This document shows positions 38,921-53,400 of a stretch of 64,000 bases of DNA, piece after piece. The notes under the pieces are model-generated. The model was given only the letters and a program-made list of their open reading frames with translations, made no database searches and had not been told where the DNA came from. Every line of letters starts with the position of its first letter. Position 1 is the first letter of the stretch. The position numbers and the translations under genes are program-made. Source of the stretch: Eledone cirrhosa (taxonomy: Eukaryota); NCBI GenBank assembly GCA_964016885.1, contig OZ024741.1, positions 16,492,001 to 16,556,000 on the forward strand, given 5' to 3'.

Positions 38921-39041
38921 CCGGGTCGATAAAATAAAGTACCAGTAATACACTAGGGTCGATTTAATCGATTTTACTCTAATGCAAAAGTTATTGGCCT
39001 TGTGCCTTAATCAGAAACCATAATAATAATAATAATAATAA
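38921..39041 (+). mobile_element. 3' half of the same SINE family
   Basis: gggtcgataaaataaagtaccagta ... ggccttgtgccttaatcagaaacc(ata)n. Confidence 0.75.
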
Positions 39042-39198
39042 TGATTTCTTTATTGGCCACAAGGGCTGACATAAAAAAAAACATTACAGACGGCACAGGG
39101 CTGTACAGGACGGTACGGTGTGGGTTTTGTGCGTGTAAAGATTTTTATTATTTATATAAGAAAAGAAAAAAAAAGGACATAGAAACATATATATATAA
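39042..39198 (-). mobile_element. Very short 3' end copy of the Tx1 family
   Basis: Homologous to 47474-47620. Confidence 0.8.
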
Positions 39199-39199
39199 T

Positions 39200-39436
39200 A
39201 ATAATAATTGTTTCTACATTTGGCACAAGGCCAGCAATTAATCCAGTGTATTACTGGTACTTTATTTTATCGACCCCGTAAGGATGAAAGGCAAAGTTAA
39301 TATAATAATAATAAATTCAATTATACTCATTGGAAGCCTTTTTGTGCGGGATTTAAACTCAGACCATAAAGGGCCGTAACTCTTTGCTGCAAAGCATGGC
39401 GTACAACCCTCTACCGATACTGCCAATCCACCGCCC

Positions 39437-39437
<1 letters not shown>
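39200..39437 (-). mobile_element. SINE copy with a ~45-bp internal insert
   Basis: Matches 38381-38578, with added tataataataataaattcaattatactcattggaagcctttttg. Confidence 0.8.
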
Positions 39438-39486
<49 letters not shown>

Positions 39487-39487
39487 C

Positions 39488-41560
39488 TGATAATGAAAGA
39501 CCGAATCAAGGGTAATGATGTTACCAACTATAGACCTATCACATGTCTGCCCGTAATGTGGAAACTGTTGACGAGCATTGTGTCTGAGGAAATCTACCAT
39601 CACCTCCACACAAACAACTTGTTGCCGGACGAACAGAAAGGATGCCGAAAGAAGTCACGTGGTAAAAAGGACCAGTTGCTTATTGATAAGATGGTAATGG
39701 GGAATTGCAGGAGGAGACACACTGATCTTGCCATGGGATGGATAGACTACAGAAAGGCATTTGACATGGTGCCTCATTCCTGGATCACCAAAAGCCTGGA
39801 GATCTTCAGGGTGGCAGATAACATCAGACAGTTGCTGGGCAGGAGTATGGGGTCCTGGGAGACAGAGTTGACATCAACTGGAGTATCCTTGGGAAGCGTG
39901 AAGATCAAGAGAGGTATCTTCCAGGGAGATAGCCTGTCCCCTCTGTTGTTTGTCCTTGCCCTGATGCCCTTGACCATTATGCTGCGAAAAGTGAGAGCAG
40001 GATACAAGTTGGGAAGGGGAGAGCTTACCATCAATCACCTCCTCTTCATGGACGATCTTAAGCTCTTCGGGAAAAGTGAGAAGGAGTTGGATGTGCTTGT
40101 TGACACTGTCCGTATTTTCAGCAGTGATATATGTATGCAGTTTGGTATTGGTAAATGTGGAGTCATTGTGATGAGGAGGGGTAGGTTGAGCAGAAGTAAC
40201 GGGATCCAGATACCAACAGGTGAGATGATAAAGGAAATTGACTCTGAGGAAGGACACAAGTATTTGGGCGTTCTGGAGGCTGATGGCATAAAGAACAAAA
40301 AAATGAAGGAATTGTTAAGAACTGAATACATTCGGAGAGTAAGGAGCGTATTGAAGTCACATCTGAACAGCAGAAATGCCATAAGCGCAGTAAATTCCCG
40401 AGCTGTGTCTATTATTAGGTACAGTGCGGGAATTCTGAGATGGAATGTTGCTGAACAAAAAGAAATGGATAGGAAGACTAGGAAGCTATTGACTATCTAC
40501 AACATGTTCCACAGGAGGAGTGATGTCGATAGACTCTACCTAAGGAGATCTGAGGGTGGAAGAGGTCTTATCAGCATAGAGGACTGTGTTCAGATGGAGA
40601 AAAACAACCTATACAAATACGTGACCTATAGTAAGGAGCCAATGCTCAGAGCTGTACTGAAGGAGGGGACAGTAGGCCAGGGGATACCCAAGGAGGAAAT
40701 AACATCAAGGAGGAAGAGCAGCCTTAAGGGAAAATCCCTTCATAGTACCTTCTTTGAGAAAACTGAATTTAGAGATCCACAGACATGGAACTGGTTGAGA
40801 AGAGGAGACCTCAAAAAGGCTACAGAAGGAATGCTAATGGCTGCGCAGGAGCAGGCCCTCAAAACGAAGTGGTTGAAGCACCATATCTACAAGGAGGAGG
40901 CTAGCCCACTGTGCAGGATCTGTGGAGAGAGAGAGGAGACTGTGGCTCACATTGTGTCCGAGTGTAAACACCTAGCCCAGACCCACTATAAGGGCTGGAG
41001 ACACGATGTGATGGGCAGGGTGATCCACTGGCACCTGTGCAAAGTAAACAATCTACCACATTCTGAGAAATGGTATGAGCATAGGCCAGAGGCGGTGATG
41101 GAGAACAGTCAGGTGAAGGTGCTGTGGGATTTTAGGATACAGACGGACAAAAAACTGGAACACAATAGACCTGACCTGGTGGTTGTGGACAAAGAAAAAA
41201 GATCGTGCCTGATTGTGGATGTGGCCTGCCCGTTCGACACGAGAGTGCAAGAGAAGGAGAGGGAGAAAATTAACCGATACCAGGACCTAAAGTGGGAGGT
41301 GAAAAGGATTTGGAACTGCCATGAAGTCAAAGTGATCCCGATTGTCATAGGCGCACTGGGTTATATCTCCAAAGGTTTCCAGGGATGGTTAAAGAAAATC
41401 GGCCCCTTCACGCTTTTTGGAACGCTTCAAAAGGCATGCTTGCTTGGAACGGCAAGAACCCTCCGATACGTCCTGAATATCTGAGGCTGCAGGTAGTGGC
41501 TTGATATTCAATCCAACGGACTTTCCAGTTAACCAACATCAATGACTGAGATTCAAGGAA
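39488..41560 (+). mobile_element. 5'-truncated R4/Dong retrotransposon (family A) in (TAA)n
   Basis: Uninterrupted 663-aa ORF; (TAA)n on both sides. Confidence 0.92.
39493..41484 (+). CDS. R4/Dong RT, CCHC knuckle and restriction-like endonuclease (N-terminally truncated)
   Basis: [52 protein letters not shown]. Confidence 0.9.
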   Translation: MKDRIKGNDVTNYRPITCLPVMWKLLTSIVSEEIYHHLHTNNLLPDEQKGCRKKSRGKKDQLLIDKMVMGNCRRRHTDLAMGWIDYRKAFDMVPHSWITKSLEIFRVADNIRQLLGRSMGSWETELTSTGVSLGSVKIKRGIFQGDSLSPLLFVLALMPLTIMLRKVRAGYKLGRGELTINHLLFMDDLKLFGKSEKELDVLVDTVRIFSSDICMQFGIGKCGVIVMRRGRLSRSNGIQIPTGEMIKEIDSEEGHKYLGVLEADGIKNKKMKELLRTEYIRRVRSVLKSHLNSRNAISAVNSRAVSIIRYSAGILRWNVAEQKEMDRKTRKLLTIYNMFHRRSDVDRLYLRRSEGGRGLISIEDCVQMEKNNLYKYVTYSKEPMLRAVLKEGTVGQGIPKEEITSRRKSSLKGKSLHSTFFEKTEFRDPQTWNWLRRGDLKKATEGMLMAAQEQALKTKWLKHHIYKEEASPLCRICGEREETVAHIVSECKHLAQTHYKGWRHDVMGRVIHWHLCKVNNLPHSEKWYEHRPEAVMENSQVKVLWDFRIQTDKKLEHNRPDLVVVDKEKRSCLIVDVACPFDTRVQEKEREKINRYQDLKWEVKRIWNCHEVKVIPIVIGALGYISKGFQGWLKKIGPFTLFGTLQKACLLGTARTLRYVLNI

Positions 41561-41584
41561 TAACAATAACAATAATAATAATAA

Positions 41585-44500
41585 TGATTTCTTTATTAAC
41601 CACAAGGGTTTACATAAAGTAGACATTAAGGACAGCGCAGGACAATACAGGACGGTACAAATGGGCATTTCTGCGTGTAAAAAACAAAAACAGAGGATGT
41701 AACAAAAAATAACAATGAAAAATTCCCCAATAGGGGGGAGACTTCGGAGGGACATTTGTGGAGAAAGCCCAGTAAAAGGCCACAGTGACCCTGACCACCA
41801 AGGCAAGTGCCCTCTCCCAGTTTTCCACCTTTAATTTACAGATACATACTCAGAGATACATACTCGGGCCATTCTTGCTTCTCTCACCCATCTTTCAACA
41901 AAATGCTGGGAAGAGAGCACTTCCCTCCCTACTCTGATTTTCCTTTTCAAATGAAATTTGAAAAAGTCAATCAGGGCATCACCGAAGAGGTAAGTGCTCG
42001 CCTTCAGTCCTTTCAAACGTGTCCACCATACTATCTCTTTCGCCATGACCACAAGACAGATAAAAACTGCCTGCCCTTCCGGGCTAAAGGAAGAGGGCGG
42101 GGCAATCCTCACGATGGACTCAGATGATAGCCGGATCCGTCCTACACGCGACAGCAGGTGTTTGACATAAACCCACAAGTTAGCAATTTTCGGACACTGG
42201 ACGAGTGCGTGCAGGACGGTTTCGTCGCCCTGCGCGCATCTCGGACATGCCCGGCTGACGGCACCTCCATGCCTGTAGAGTTTATCTCGAACTGGCAAGG
42301 CTCCTCGGTAGCACTGCCAGGCCAGAGATTTCTGGAAGTTGTCCATAGGCCCCGGCCCGAAAGTTCTTCCGAAGAGATTGGCTAGTTGATTTTCGTCGAC
42401 GCCTAGAGTTTCCCCAAGTACGTCGTCGCTCTTCCCCTCCACTAATCCTCTATAGAACGCCAAGGTGGAGTTTCCACCGATCACATTGCCCGATTGGTCG
42501 AGGGCTGTGAGCGCCTGAAGACATTCCAGTCTCCAAGCGCTCCCTCTCGGTCTTCGCTTGACCCAGGACTGCAGCTCCGTCAAGGAGACGAGCTGGGGAA
42601 AGACGTGTCTAGCAAACGGCGACCACACCTGATCACCGTCAAGGAAGAGGTGAAGATGTCGTAGCCTGAGCGCGTGTCTGCGCATCATCAGCCACGGCAT
42701 ATCCAGCCCTCCACGTAGCGAGTGTTGACAGCAGATCGACCGCCTGACCATCAGAGCGCGTCCCTTCCACAAAAAGCGAAAGAGCAAACGCTCCAGCGCA
42801 GTCAGGCGGGGCTTAGGACAAGGTACGACGGTCAGGCGGTAGTAGATGACGGACGCGATGTACGCGTTAACCACCTCCGCTCGACCTTTCAGGGATAACT
42901 TCCTCTCCGCCCATTTCTGGGTAAGAGAAGCCACCCTGCTCGTCACCTCGTCCCAGTTTTTGTCCGTCTGGAGATCCGGACCGAACCAGAACCCTAGCAA
43001 TTTAACCGGTCCGTCCGTCCAGCGCCCGACGACGCTGTTGGACGGCATGGACCTGCCTCTCCAGGTGCCGAGCTGCAGGCCCACTGACTTTTCCTGGTTG
43101 ATCATTGCTCCTGTCACCGCTTCGTATTCTCTTAGTGTAGTGCCGATCGCCTCGATGTGTTTGGCGTTCGACACCACTACGGTGACATCGTCCGCATATG
43201 CTGACACGGATCTTCCGCATCCTAGTTCGCGCGGGACCCCCCTCAACGTCTCCAGTTTGTGCAGCAATGGCTCGAGAGTCAATACGTACAAGAGGGACGA
43301 GAGGGGACATCCTTGGCGGACCGAGCGCATGATGTTGAACGGTTCAGAAAGGTGACCGTTCACTCTCACCACAGAGCAGATGTCACTGTGCATGGCAGCA
43401 ATCCAGCCTCTGAAGACGGGCCCAAAGCCAGCGGCCCTCAGGACTGCTGCTAAGTAACGATGGTCGACCCTATCGAAAGCTTTCGACTGATCTAAATTGA
43501 TCAAGGACCCACCCGTGCCAGGTTCCCTAGCTACCCTCTCTACGATGTATCGCATGCGGTGGAGGTTGTCGTGGATGGATCTGTCGGGAATGGCGCATGT
43601 CTGCGCCTCTCCCACCAGACCACCAACGACAAGCGCCAACCTCTTTGCTAGCACCTTGGCCAAAATCTTGAACTCTGTATTTAGCAGAGTTATGGGCCTG
43701 AAATTATCTATGTTATCCCCCTTGTTCGGATCCTTTCTCAGCAGCTCCTCGGCTCACAGAGCTGGGAATTCTCCCGTTCTGTTGCCAGTTGCAGTAGACG
43801 TCTGCCAAGAGGCCTCCGAACAAGTCTGGCATCTGTACGTAAAGTTCATAGGGCAGACCATCCAAACCAGGCGATTTACCCCTTGTGCAGCCAGTCATTG
43901 CCTCCCGTACTTCAGCAGCTGTTATCGGCTTTTGGCAACACTCCGCCTCAGTGGTCGAGAGTCGCGGCAGTCCGTAGAGGTAGACACTAAAGTCCATCCC
44001 TCGATCCGGCCCGCCGCTGCCCCCGAACAGCTGTGCGAAGTGTCGCTGAAAAGCTTTACACATTTGCCCGGGATCGAGTAGCATGCGCCCGTCGTGGTCC
44101 ACCAAAGACCGGATCGTGGCTTTGTTGCCACGACGTGCCTCCGCCACTCGGGCCCATTGAACGGCTTTCGTCCCCTCGTGTCTGAGAGCACGCACCCTAG
44201 CTCTGACAACGCAGCCTTCGTGCTTTGCATTGAAGAATTGGTCAAGGGCCAATTTCGCTGCAAGTACGTCGGTCGCGATGCCTTTGTAAAGCGCCCCGTC
44301 TAATTTTCTAACTAATTCTCCCTCTGCTCTATTTTTCTCTATTGCTAAAGCCTTACTAAACCTAATGGACTCTATTCTAATTGCTCTTTTCAGAGCAAAC
44401 CACCACTTGTTGTTGACGATGGCCCCCGTCAACGCCCGCTTAACTAGTTCGCTAATCCGATCTCTGTAGGCCTTGCGCGCTGGTAAGGGCGCGTTTAGCT

Positions 44501-47443
44501 TCCAGTAGCCGGGTCCTCGTCTATGAAGCCTATCTACGTCAAGCACACAGATCACGAATTTGTGGTCCGTGTAGCTGACTATCTTGAATTGTGGACAACC
44601 TATGCTAGACCTATCTATTTCCCTACAAAATACTCTATCTAGATATGATCTGGATGACCCTATGCGATTTGTCCAAGTCCACATTGGCACATTCGGGAAA
44701 TCCAATCGGTACCTGTCAGATAGTTCAAAACGCCTGAGCAGGTTGGTGAGACTCTTGCACCCTCCTCCCCTATTCGCTAATCCCACACAGTCCCAGCGTG
44801 CATCTAAGATCCCGTTCCAGTCGTCCACTAACACTAAAGAGCGGGACGTTCCAAGAAAGGTCTCCAGACGCCGGAAGAAATCAGGCCACCCTGCTCCTGT
44901 CGGGGCATAGACGGCCACTAACCTGAAAGCTTGCCCGTCTCCGCTGGTCACGTTCAGCACCACCAACTTACCTTCTGGGTCCAGGAAGATGGCCCGTATG
45001 GCAAGATCCAAACCTCTCCGAAAAAGCACAGCAACTCCTCCCCCCGATCCCGGACGGCTGGGAGATGCGTACACATCGTAGCCGCCGAAGATCGGTGCGA
45101 AGGCCCGTGCTTCGGAGATTCTGGTCTCGCTGATGGCCACTACATCTATGTTTAGTGACCTGAGGTCGTTGAGCAGGTGACCCTGCTTCCATGACGACCC
45201 CAAGTCACGTGCATTTATGCTGCCTATTCTGAGTGAGGTCATGTTGAAAAGGAGTGGAAAAGATGGCAAAGACCACTTACCTTACTCCTCGTAGAGGAAG
45301 GACGATTTCTCCATCCCTTTCACTGCTTGTAGCCTCCTCAGGAAGGATGTCCTAATAAATCCTCCTGGAGAGTGCTTGTCGGAAGTCTCCGATGTCTTTG
45401 GGGAATTTTTATTTTAGTGTCATGTACGTTTTCTGTGTGATGCGAGTGATTTGTATGTGTGGAGGTGGTGTGAACTTTTGGGTTGTTGTGTAGTCTTTTT
45501 CTGTGATGCTAGTGTTGTTTTGGATGTAGTGTAATAATTGCTTGTTGTTCAAATTTAATGCTGTGTAGTGTGTATCGTTTTGGTTCTTTTGTTTTGTTTG
45601 TGTTTGTTGTGGGTTTGTTTCTGTTTCGCTTTTTGGTGTTGGTGATGGTGGTGTTAGGGTTAATGATGGTGATGGTGTTGGTGTTTGTAGTGATGGGGTT
45701 GGTGATGCTGGTGTGGATGGTGGCATATCTGTCCTAACTTTTTTGTTTGATAGTTTATTTGTTTCCCTCTGTATTTTGTTTTTGGAGGGGGAAGGAAGAG
45801 AATTTTTTCTTTTTTGGTTTCTTTTTTTCTTTTTTCCTGATACCGTTTCCCACTCCTCGTCGTCACAATCTGTCTCCAGTTGTGATAGGCCGGGGAGTGG
45901 AAAATCCTCCACAGCCGTTAGTTTTGGTTGTGGCGTGGTGGATGGTGTAGGCGCTGGTGCTAGTTCTGGCGCGTTGGGTGGTGGTGGTGTTGGTTTTCCT
46001 ACTGTTGTTGGGGTTGTTGCTGTTACAGTTGCTCCTGTTGTTGCTGCTACAGTTGTTGCTGCCATCTCTGCTGCTGGTGGTGTTGATGGTTGAGTCACTG
46101 GGGTGGGTAGGAGAGGTGGCCTCAACCTTTTAGCCTGAGGGTAGAAAGCCCTTAGGTGGGTTCCTTCACCACAAACGACACACCTAGGCCTTCTGCCCCC
46201 GACAATTACGGTGAGGTGGCTGCCGTCAGTGGGGTCTATTACCTCTGGGATCTCCTCAATGCTTTTTTGGTCCGCTTGGATCAGGAGCTCCATCCCAGAT
46301 CCGGACCAGTTCTCCTGCTTTTCTTTCGCTATTTCGATCATCTTGGTGTTGGCTTCGATGCCGGCGAGGATGGCAGCTATTAGCCAGGGAATTTCGATGG
46401 CCGGTGGAACGTGGGTGACCCTGATCTTTACGAGTCTCTGGCCACAATAGCTTGGGACGAGTGTGAAGTCGTCACTTCTTAATGGGGCCATGGAGGGTTC
46501 TCTAGCCTCCTGTGGTGTTTCAAAGAACACGTCCACGGTTCCATACTTCTGCCCACGTCTGATGTGGGTTTTTTTGCCCACACATGTCCCAAAGCTTTTT
46601 GGATTTGGGACTCGGATGTCCGTTCCACTCGGCGCGATTTTATATTAATTGTTCGATAAGACACGGTGCATAGGCGCCTATGCTCCATTTTATTAGGTGT
46701 GTGTGTGTGTGGGGGGGGGGGGGGCTGACCCTGTACCCATCTTTCTTTACCATTTTTTTGGCTTCTTCTAATTCCCCCTGAGTTACCTGAAATGCTTCGC
46801 ACTGTTTTGCTACTCTGGCAAAACTCAGGGTGGTTTTCTTAATGTCATTGTTGCTGTTGTTGTTATCGTTATTTTTGTTATTATTAATTTTAGTTTCAGT
46901 TGTGGTGGTGGTGGCGTCAGTGGTATTCGGTGTGGAAGAGTTCATTTTGGTTGAATTCATTTCGATATCACGAGTTAATTTATTTTTTATTTTGTTTCTG
47001 TTGTCGCGGTGGTGGTGGGGGTGGTGGTTGTCGCGGTGGTGGTGGTGGTGGTGACGGCTTTAACACCTGCAGTCATTGGCAATGGCAGGAAATGAATGTC
47101 TGCCTGAGACAAATTTAAAATATTGCTACTGCTTATATTTTTAGTGTTGGCAAACGTAGTAATATTTACAATGGTGGTGTCGGTGTGAGGTGTTAGTTTG
47201 TGAGAAAGGAGTGACTCTGAGTCAGCCATGATTTTTCAAAGAAAAATTTTTGTTTGATAATTATAAAAGTTTAAATTTTGGGCTCAAGGCCCCAATCTTT
47301 TTGGATGTCCTCTTCAGATAACAATGTATGTGCACTTATATACAGTTAACAATAAAAAATTTCCATGAATGGAAATTTTAAACAACTGAAAATAACAAAC
47401 CTTTGCGGAGCTCACGATGATACGATTTACTACGTAGGTCGTC
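41585..47443 (-). mobile_element. Full-length Tx1-clade (L1 group) element, copy A
   Basis: ORF1 ~47229-45280 (frameshifted; degenerate knuckle CVVC..H); ORF2 APE, RT and Zn finger; ends aataaagaaatc(att)n; (TAA)n at both ends. Confidence 0.92.
41831..45242 (-). pseudogene. Tx1 ORF2 (APE-RT) with one frameshift near 43745
   Basis: ISET, YTDH, LDQSKAFD, VRQGCPLS, YADD, CPRC..HALVQC. Confidence 0.9.
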
Positions 47444-47473
<30 letters not shown>

Positions 47474-47478
<5 letters not shown>

Positions 47479-50400
47479 TTTCTTTATTGGCCACAAGGGC
47501 TGACATCAAGAAAAACATCACAGACGGAACAGGACGGTACGATGTGGGTTTTGTGCGTGTAAATATTTTTATTATTTATATAAGAAAAGAAAAAAAGACA
47601 TAAAACATATATATATATAAACAATAAAAGGAAAATTGAAACAATGAAAAATTCCCCAATAGGAGGGAAACCTCCGAGGGTTACTCGTGGCGAAAACCAC
47701 ACAAAAGACCACGGCCACCCTGACTACCAGGGCAAGCGCCCTCTCTCAATTTTTCCATCTCTCAAACTACAGACGTATATTCAGAGTGGTCCCGTCCACT
47801 CGGACCATTCTCGCTACATTCACCCACCTTTCAACAAACTTGCTAGAAAGCAGCACTTGCTTCTCCACCATGATTTTCCTCTTCAAGTGAAACTTGAAAA
47901 AGTTAATCAGGGATTCGCCGAAGAGGAAAGTGTTTGTCTTTAATCCTTTTAACCACACAATCTCTTTCGCCATGGCCACCAGGCAGATGAAAACCGCCTG
48001 CCCTTCCTCCTCAAAGGAAGACGGCGAGACCATCTGCACAATGGACTCAGTCGACAACCGGATCAGTCCCACACGTGACAGCAACTGTTCGACATAGCTC
48101 CACAAGTCAGCAATGCTCGGGCACTGAACGAGTGCGTGCACAACGGTTTCGTCGCTATGCGCGCATCTCGGACAGGCTCGGCTGACGGCACTTCCGTGCC
48201 TGTAGAGCTTATCTCGAACCGGCAGCGCTCCCCGGTAGCACTGCCAGGCCAGGGATTTTTGGAAGTTATCCATAGGCCCCGGGCTGAAAGTTCTCCGGAA
48301 GAGAGCAAGCAGCTGATCTTCTTCGACGCCCAGGATCTCTCCGAGAACGTCGTCGCTCTTCCCCTCCACTAGTCCTCTATAGAACGCCGAGGTGGATGTT
48401 CCACCGATACTGGTGCCCAACTGGGAGAGGGCAGTGAGCGCCTGGAGACATTCCAGTTTCCAAGCGCTATCCCTCGGTCTTTTTCTGACCCAGGACTGCA
48501 GCTCCGTCAAGGAGACGAGCTGTGGGAAAATGTGCCTGGCGAACGGCGACCACACCCGTTCACCATCAAGGAAGCACCAGAGATGTCGCAGCCTCAGCGC
48601 ATGTTTGCGCATCATCAGCCATGGCATGCCCAGTCCTCCACGCAACGGGTGTTGACAGCAGATGGATCGTCTGACCATGGGAGCGCGTCCCTTTCACAAA
48701 AAGCGGAAGAGGAGGCGCTCCATTTTGGTGAGAGTTGGGCTGGAGCAAGGGACGACGGTGAGGCGGTAGCAGATGACGGATGCGATGTACGCATTCGCCA
48801 CTTCCGCCCGGCCTTTCAGGGACAGCTTCCTCTCAACCCATTTCTGGGTGAGGGAGGCCACCCTGCTCGTCACCTCGTTCCAGTTTTTCTCCATCTGGAG
48901 GTCCGGTCCGAACCAGACCCCGAGCAATTTAACCGGTCCGTCCGTCCAACGCCCCACGACGCTGTCGGACGGCATGGACTTGCCTCTCCAGGTGCCTAGC
49001 TGCAAGCCCACCGACTTTTCCTGGTTTATCTTTGCTCCTGTCACCGTTTCGTATTCCTTGAGAGCGGTGCCGAGCATCTGGACGTGTCTGGTGCTCGACA
49101 CCACCACGGTGACGTCGTCAGCGTAAGCCGACTCGGATTTCCTGCATCCTACTTCGCGTGGGACGCCCCTCATCGCCCCCAGTTTGTGCAGTAACAGCTC
49201 GAGAGCCAATACGTACAAGAGGGACGAGAGGGGACAACCCTGGCGGACTGAGCGCATGATGCTGAATGGCTGCGACAGGTGACCGTTCACCCTCACAACT
49301 GAGCAGATGTCGCTGTACATTGCTGCGATCCAACGCCTGAAAACGGGCCCGAAACCGGCTGCCTCGAGGACTGCCGCCAGGTACCGATGGTCGACCCTAT
49401 CGAATGCTTTGGATTGATCCAAGTTGATCAGGGCCCCACCCTTGCCAGGTTCCTTAACCACCCTCTCTATGATGTATCGCATGAGGTGGAGGTTGTCGTG
49501 TATGGATCTGTCCAGAATGGCGCATGTCTGCGCCTCTCCCACCAGACCCTTGACGACAAGCGCTAACCTCGTTGCTAACACCTTGGCCAAAATCTTGAAC
49601 TCTGCGTTTAGCAGAGTTATGGGCCTGAAATTATCAATAACATCCCCCTTGTTCGGGTCTTTTCTCAGCAGCGCCACTGCTCCCCGGCTCACAAAACTGG
49701 GAATGCTCCCGTTCTGCTGCCAGTTGCAGTAGACGTCTGCCAAGAGGTCACCGAACAAGTCTGGCATAAATGCATAATGCTCGTAGGGCAGACCATCTAA
49801 ACCTGGCGATTTACCTCTTGTGCAGTTAGCCATCGCTTCCCGTATTTCACCGGCTGTTATTGGCTTTTCGCAACACTGTGCTGCGGTCGTCGAGAGCCGA
49901 GGCAATCCGTCGAGGAATGCACTGAAGTCCACGTCCCGATCCGGGCCACCGCCGCTCCCGAACAGTTCAGCAAAGTGCTGCTGAAAAGCTTCACACATCC
50001 GCTCGGGTTCGAACATCACGCACCCGTTTTGGTCAGACAAAGACCGAATTGTGGCTTTATTGCCACGTCGCGCCTCTGCCACCCGGGCCCATTGGACGGC
50101 TTTTGTCCCCCCGTGTTTCAGAGCAGGCGCTCTAGCTCTGACAACGCAGCCTTCGTGTTTTGCGTTGAAGAATTGGTCGAGTGCCAATCTCGCCGCAAGC
50201 ACGTCGGTTGCGATGCCTGTCCTAAACGCCTCTTCTAGCTTTCTGACAAGCTCTCCCTCTACTCTATTTTCCTCTATCACTACTCCTTTGCTAAACCTAA
50301 TCGACTCTACTTTAATTGCCCTTTTCAGGGCGAACCACCACCTGTTGTTGACGACCGCTCCCGTCAACGCCCGCTTAACTAATACGCTAATCTGGTCTCT

Positions 50401-53400
50401 GTAGGCCTTGCGCGCCGGGAAAGACGCGTTCAGCTGCCAGTAACCAGGCCCTTGTCTATGAAGTCTGTCTATGTCGATCTCACAGATCACAAATTTGTGG
50501 TCTGTGTAGTCGACTATTTTAAATTGTGGACAACTTATACTAGCCTTATCTAGTTCCCTGCAGAATACCCTATCTAGATATGATCTGGATGACCCGATGC
50601 GGTTTGTCCATGTCCACATTGGCACATTCGGGTGATCCAGTCGATACCTGTCAGACAGTTCAAAACGTCTGAGCAGGTTGGTGAGGCTCTTGCACCCTCC
50701 TCCCCTATCCACTAGCCCCACACGATCCCAGCGTGCATCCAAGATACCGTTCCAGTCGCCCACTAACACTAAAGAGCGGGACGTTCCAAGAAACGTCTCT
50801 AGACGTCTGAAGAAATTTGGCCGTCCTGCCCCCGTTGGGGCGTAGACGGCTACTAGCCTGAAAGCTTTGCCTTCGCTGCCGGTCACGTCCAGCACCACCG
50901 ACTTACCTTCTGGGTCCAGGAAGATGGCCCGTATCGCGAGATCCAAGCCTCTCCGAAAAAGGACGGCAACCCCTCCCCCCGATCCTGGACGGCTGGGAGA
51001 TGCGTATACATCGTAGCCGCCGAAGATCGGTGCGAAGGCCCGTGCCTCGGAGATTCTGGTTTCACTGATGGCCACTACATCTATGTTTAGTGACCTGAGG
51101 TCATTGAGCAGGTGACCCTGCTTCTAAGATGACCCCAGGCCACGTGCATTTATACTGCCTATTCTGAGTACAGCCATGTTGGATGAGAAACGGGGCAAAT
51201 GAGAAAGGGTCACTTACCTTGTTCGTGGGGTGAAGGGACAGTAGAACCGTCCCTTTCGCTGGTCATGGGTGTTTCCAAGAGGATGTCAGTGTATATCCTC
51301 TTGGTAACCGTCCCTCTGAAGTCTCCAACTGCGTTGGGGAATTTTTGTTTTAAAGGTTTGTATTGTTCTAATGAGATTTCGATGATGCTTATGTTTGTCG
51401 GGAGAGTTCTTGGTGTTGGTGGGGTGTAGTAATTTTTTTCCGTGATGTCTGTGTGCTGCTTTATATATTTTATGAGTTCTTTTTTTTGCTATGTTTATGG
51501 CTGTGTACTTTTTGGGGGGAGGGGTGATTTTGTTGCCGTTTTCTTCTTGTTGCTGTTTGGTGTGTGTGTCTTGTTGTGTTTGCGTTGTTGGTGTTTGTGG
51601 TGGTGTTGCTGCAAGTTTCCTTGCTGCCTTTACCCCTCTTTGTATGCCTTCGCTTTTGGGAGGTGAATCTAAGTGTATTTTTGTTTTTTGTTTTTTGTGG
51701 CAGACTGTTTGCCACGTCGCTCCCGCCTCAAACTCCATGTCGGATTCTGTGGCGTCTGGGAGGGGTATGTGCTCCACTGCTGTTGGTGGTGGTAGTGGAG
51801 CCCTCTTCGGCAATGTTGTTGCTGGTGTAGCTATTTCAAATGTAGCTATTGACGTTGCCGCTACTGATGATGCTGCTTTAGTTATCCGTGGCCTCGGTAC
51901 GGGTGCTACGGACGTTGCCCTCCTACTCACCGTGGAAGGGGCTTCTTCGTTTGTTGCCTGTCCTGCTCTTGGTAGCAGCGGACCAGGTATTGGAAGGAGA
52001 GGGGCCCTCTTCGGTGTCTTCTGCGGGCAAAAGGCCCTGAGGTGACCTTTCGACCCACAGAGATAACATTTTGGCCGTCTTCCTTCTACACTTATAGGGA
52101 GTTGGAGTCCTTCCTCAAAGTCTATGATATCGGGGATAGCCTCGATACATTCCTGGTCAGTTTGTATAAGCATTTGCATGCCTATACCTGACTAGTTCTC
52201 TCTCCCTATTTTTTCTACTTGCAGCATGGTCGCCCTGTTCTCAATTCCAGCAAGGACAGACGCGGCCAGCCAAGGTATGGGCACGTCGGGTGGGACCTGG
52301 GTCACTTTGACCCTCACAATTTTCTGCCCGCAGTAGGAGGGCAACAAGACTAACTCCTCACTCTTTAGGGTTTCCAAAGAGTGAGACTTTGCTTCCTGGG
52401 GGGTGGCGAAAAGTACGTCTACTGTGGCGTACTTTCTGCCTCGGGTGATGTGGGTTTTGCGTGCCCAGACGCACCCCAATGCCTTTTGGATTTGAGCCTC
52501 CGTGGCTCTCTCCACTCGATGTGAGATTTTGCTTACGGTGCGGTAAGTCACCGTTCGTAGCTGCTAGTCCTTGGTGGAGGTTTCAGGGAAACTCTATTTG
52601 CGCTTCTTGTCACCATGGCTCTTGTGACTGCCATCTCCTCCTCTGTAACTAACACTGTCTCGATATTTCGGGCGACACCTGCAAAAGAAGTGGTCCCTTT
52701 TTCAGCAGCACCACTATTGCTGCCGCTACTGGTCTTACTGGTGGTTCTGAGGTCGCTATTACAGGTATCGGTGTCATTGTTGTTCTTTTCGCTGGTACAG
52801 TTGTTGGTGTTGTTTTCATTGATACTGTTGCTGCTGTTACTGTTATTGTGGCTGTTGTTATTATTGTTGTTTTTGTTGATACTGTTCCTACTATTATTGT
52901 TGTTGTGGCTGTTGTTATTGTCATTGTTATTGTCGTTCTCGACCTTACCGCTGTTATTTTTGTTATTGTTGTTCTCGACTTTACCGCTGTTATCTTTGGT
53001 GTTGTTGTTGATGTTGTTGGTGTTATTGTTGGTGTTGTTGTTGGTGTTATTGTTGGTGTTGTTTGTGTTAGAAATATTTGTTAATTTTAAATCTGTAACA
53101 ATCTTTTTTTCCTTTGTAATATTTTCGTTTATATTTACCTCCGCTGGAACGCTGTCTTGTTGACATGCTCATACAGTCTCCCTCTCTCTGTGTTGTCTGA
53201 CAGCGCTCTCTCTCTTTTTTGTGTTATCCATGTTGAAATTTTTCAAAAAATATTTTTACACAAATACGAATACGACACCCCGTAAAGGGGTGTCGTATTA
53301 TTTACTAGTGAACTAGTATTAGGTGGGTCACTTCTTCTAAACTTTTATCAAATTTAAAACTTGAATAAAAGGTTTAGAACGGTTGAAAAAGAGGTAAAAC

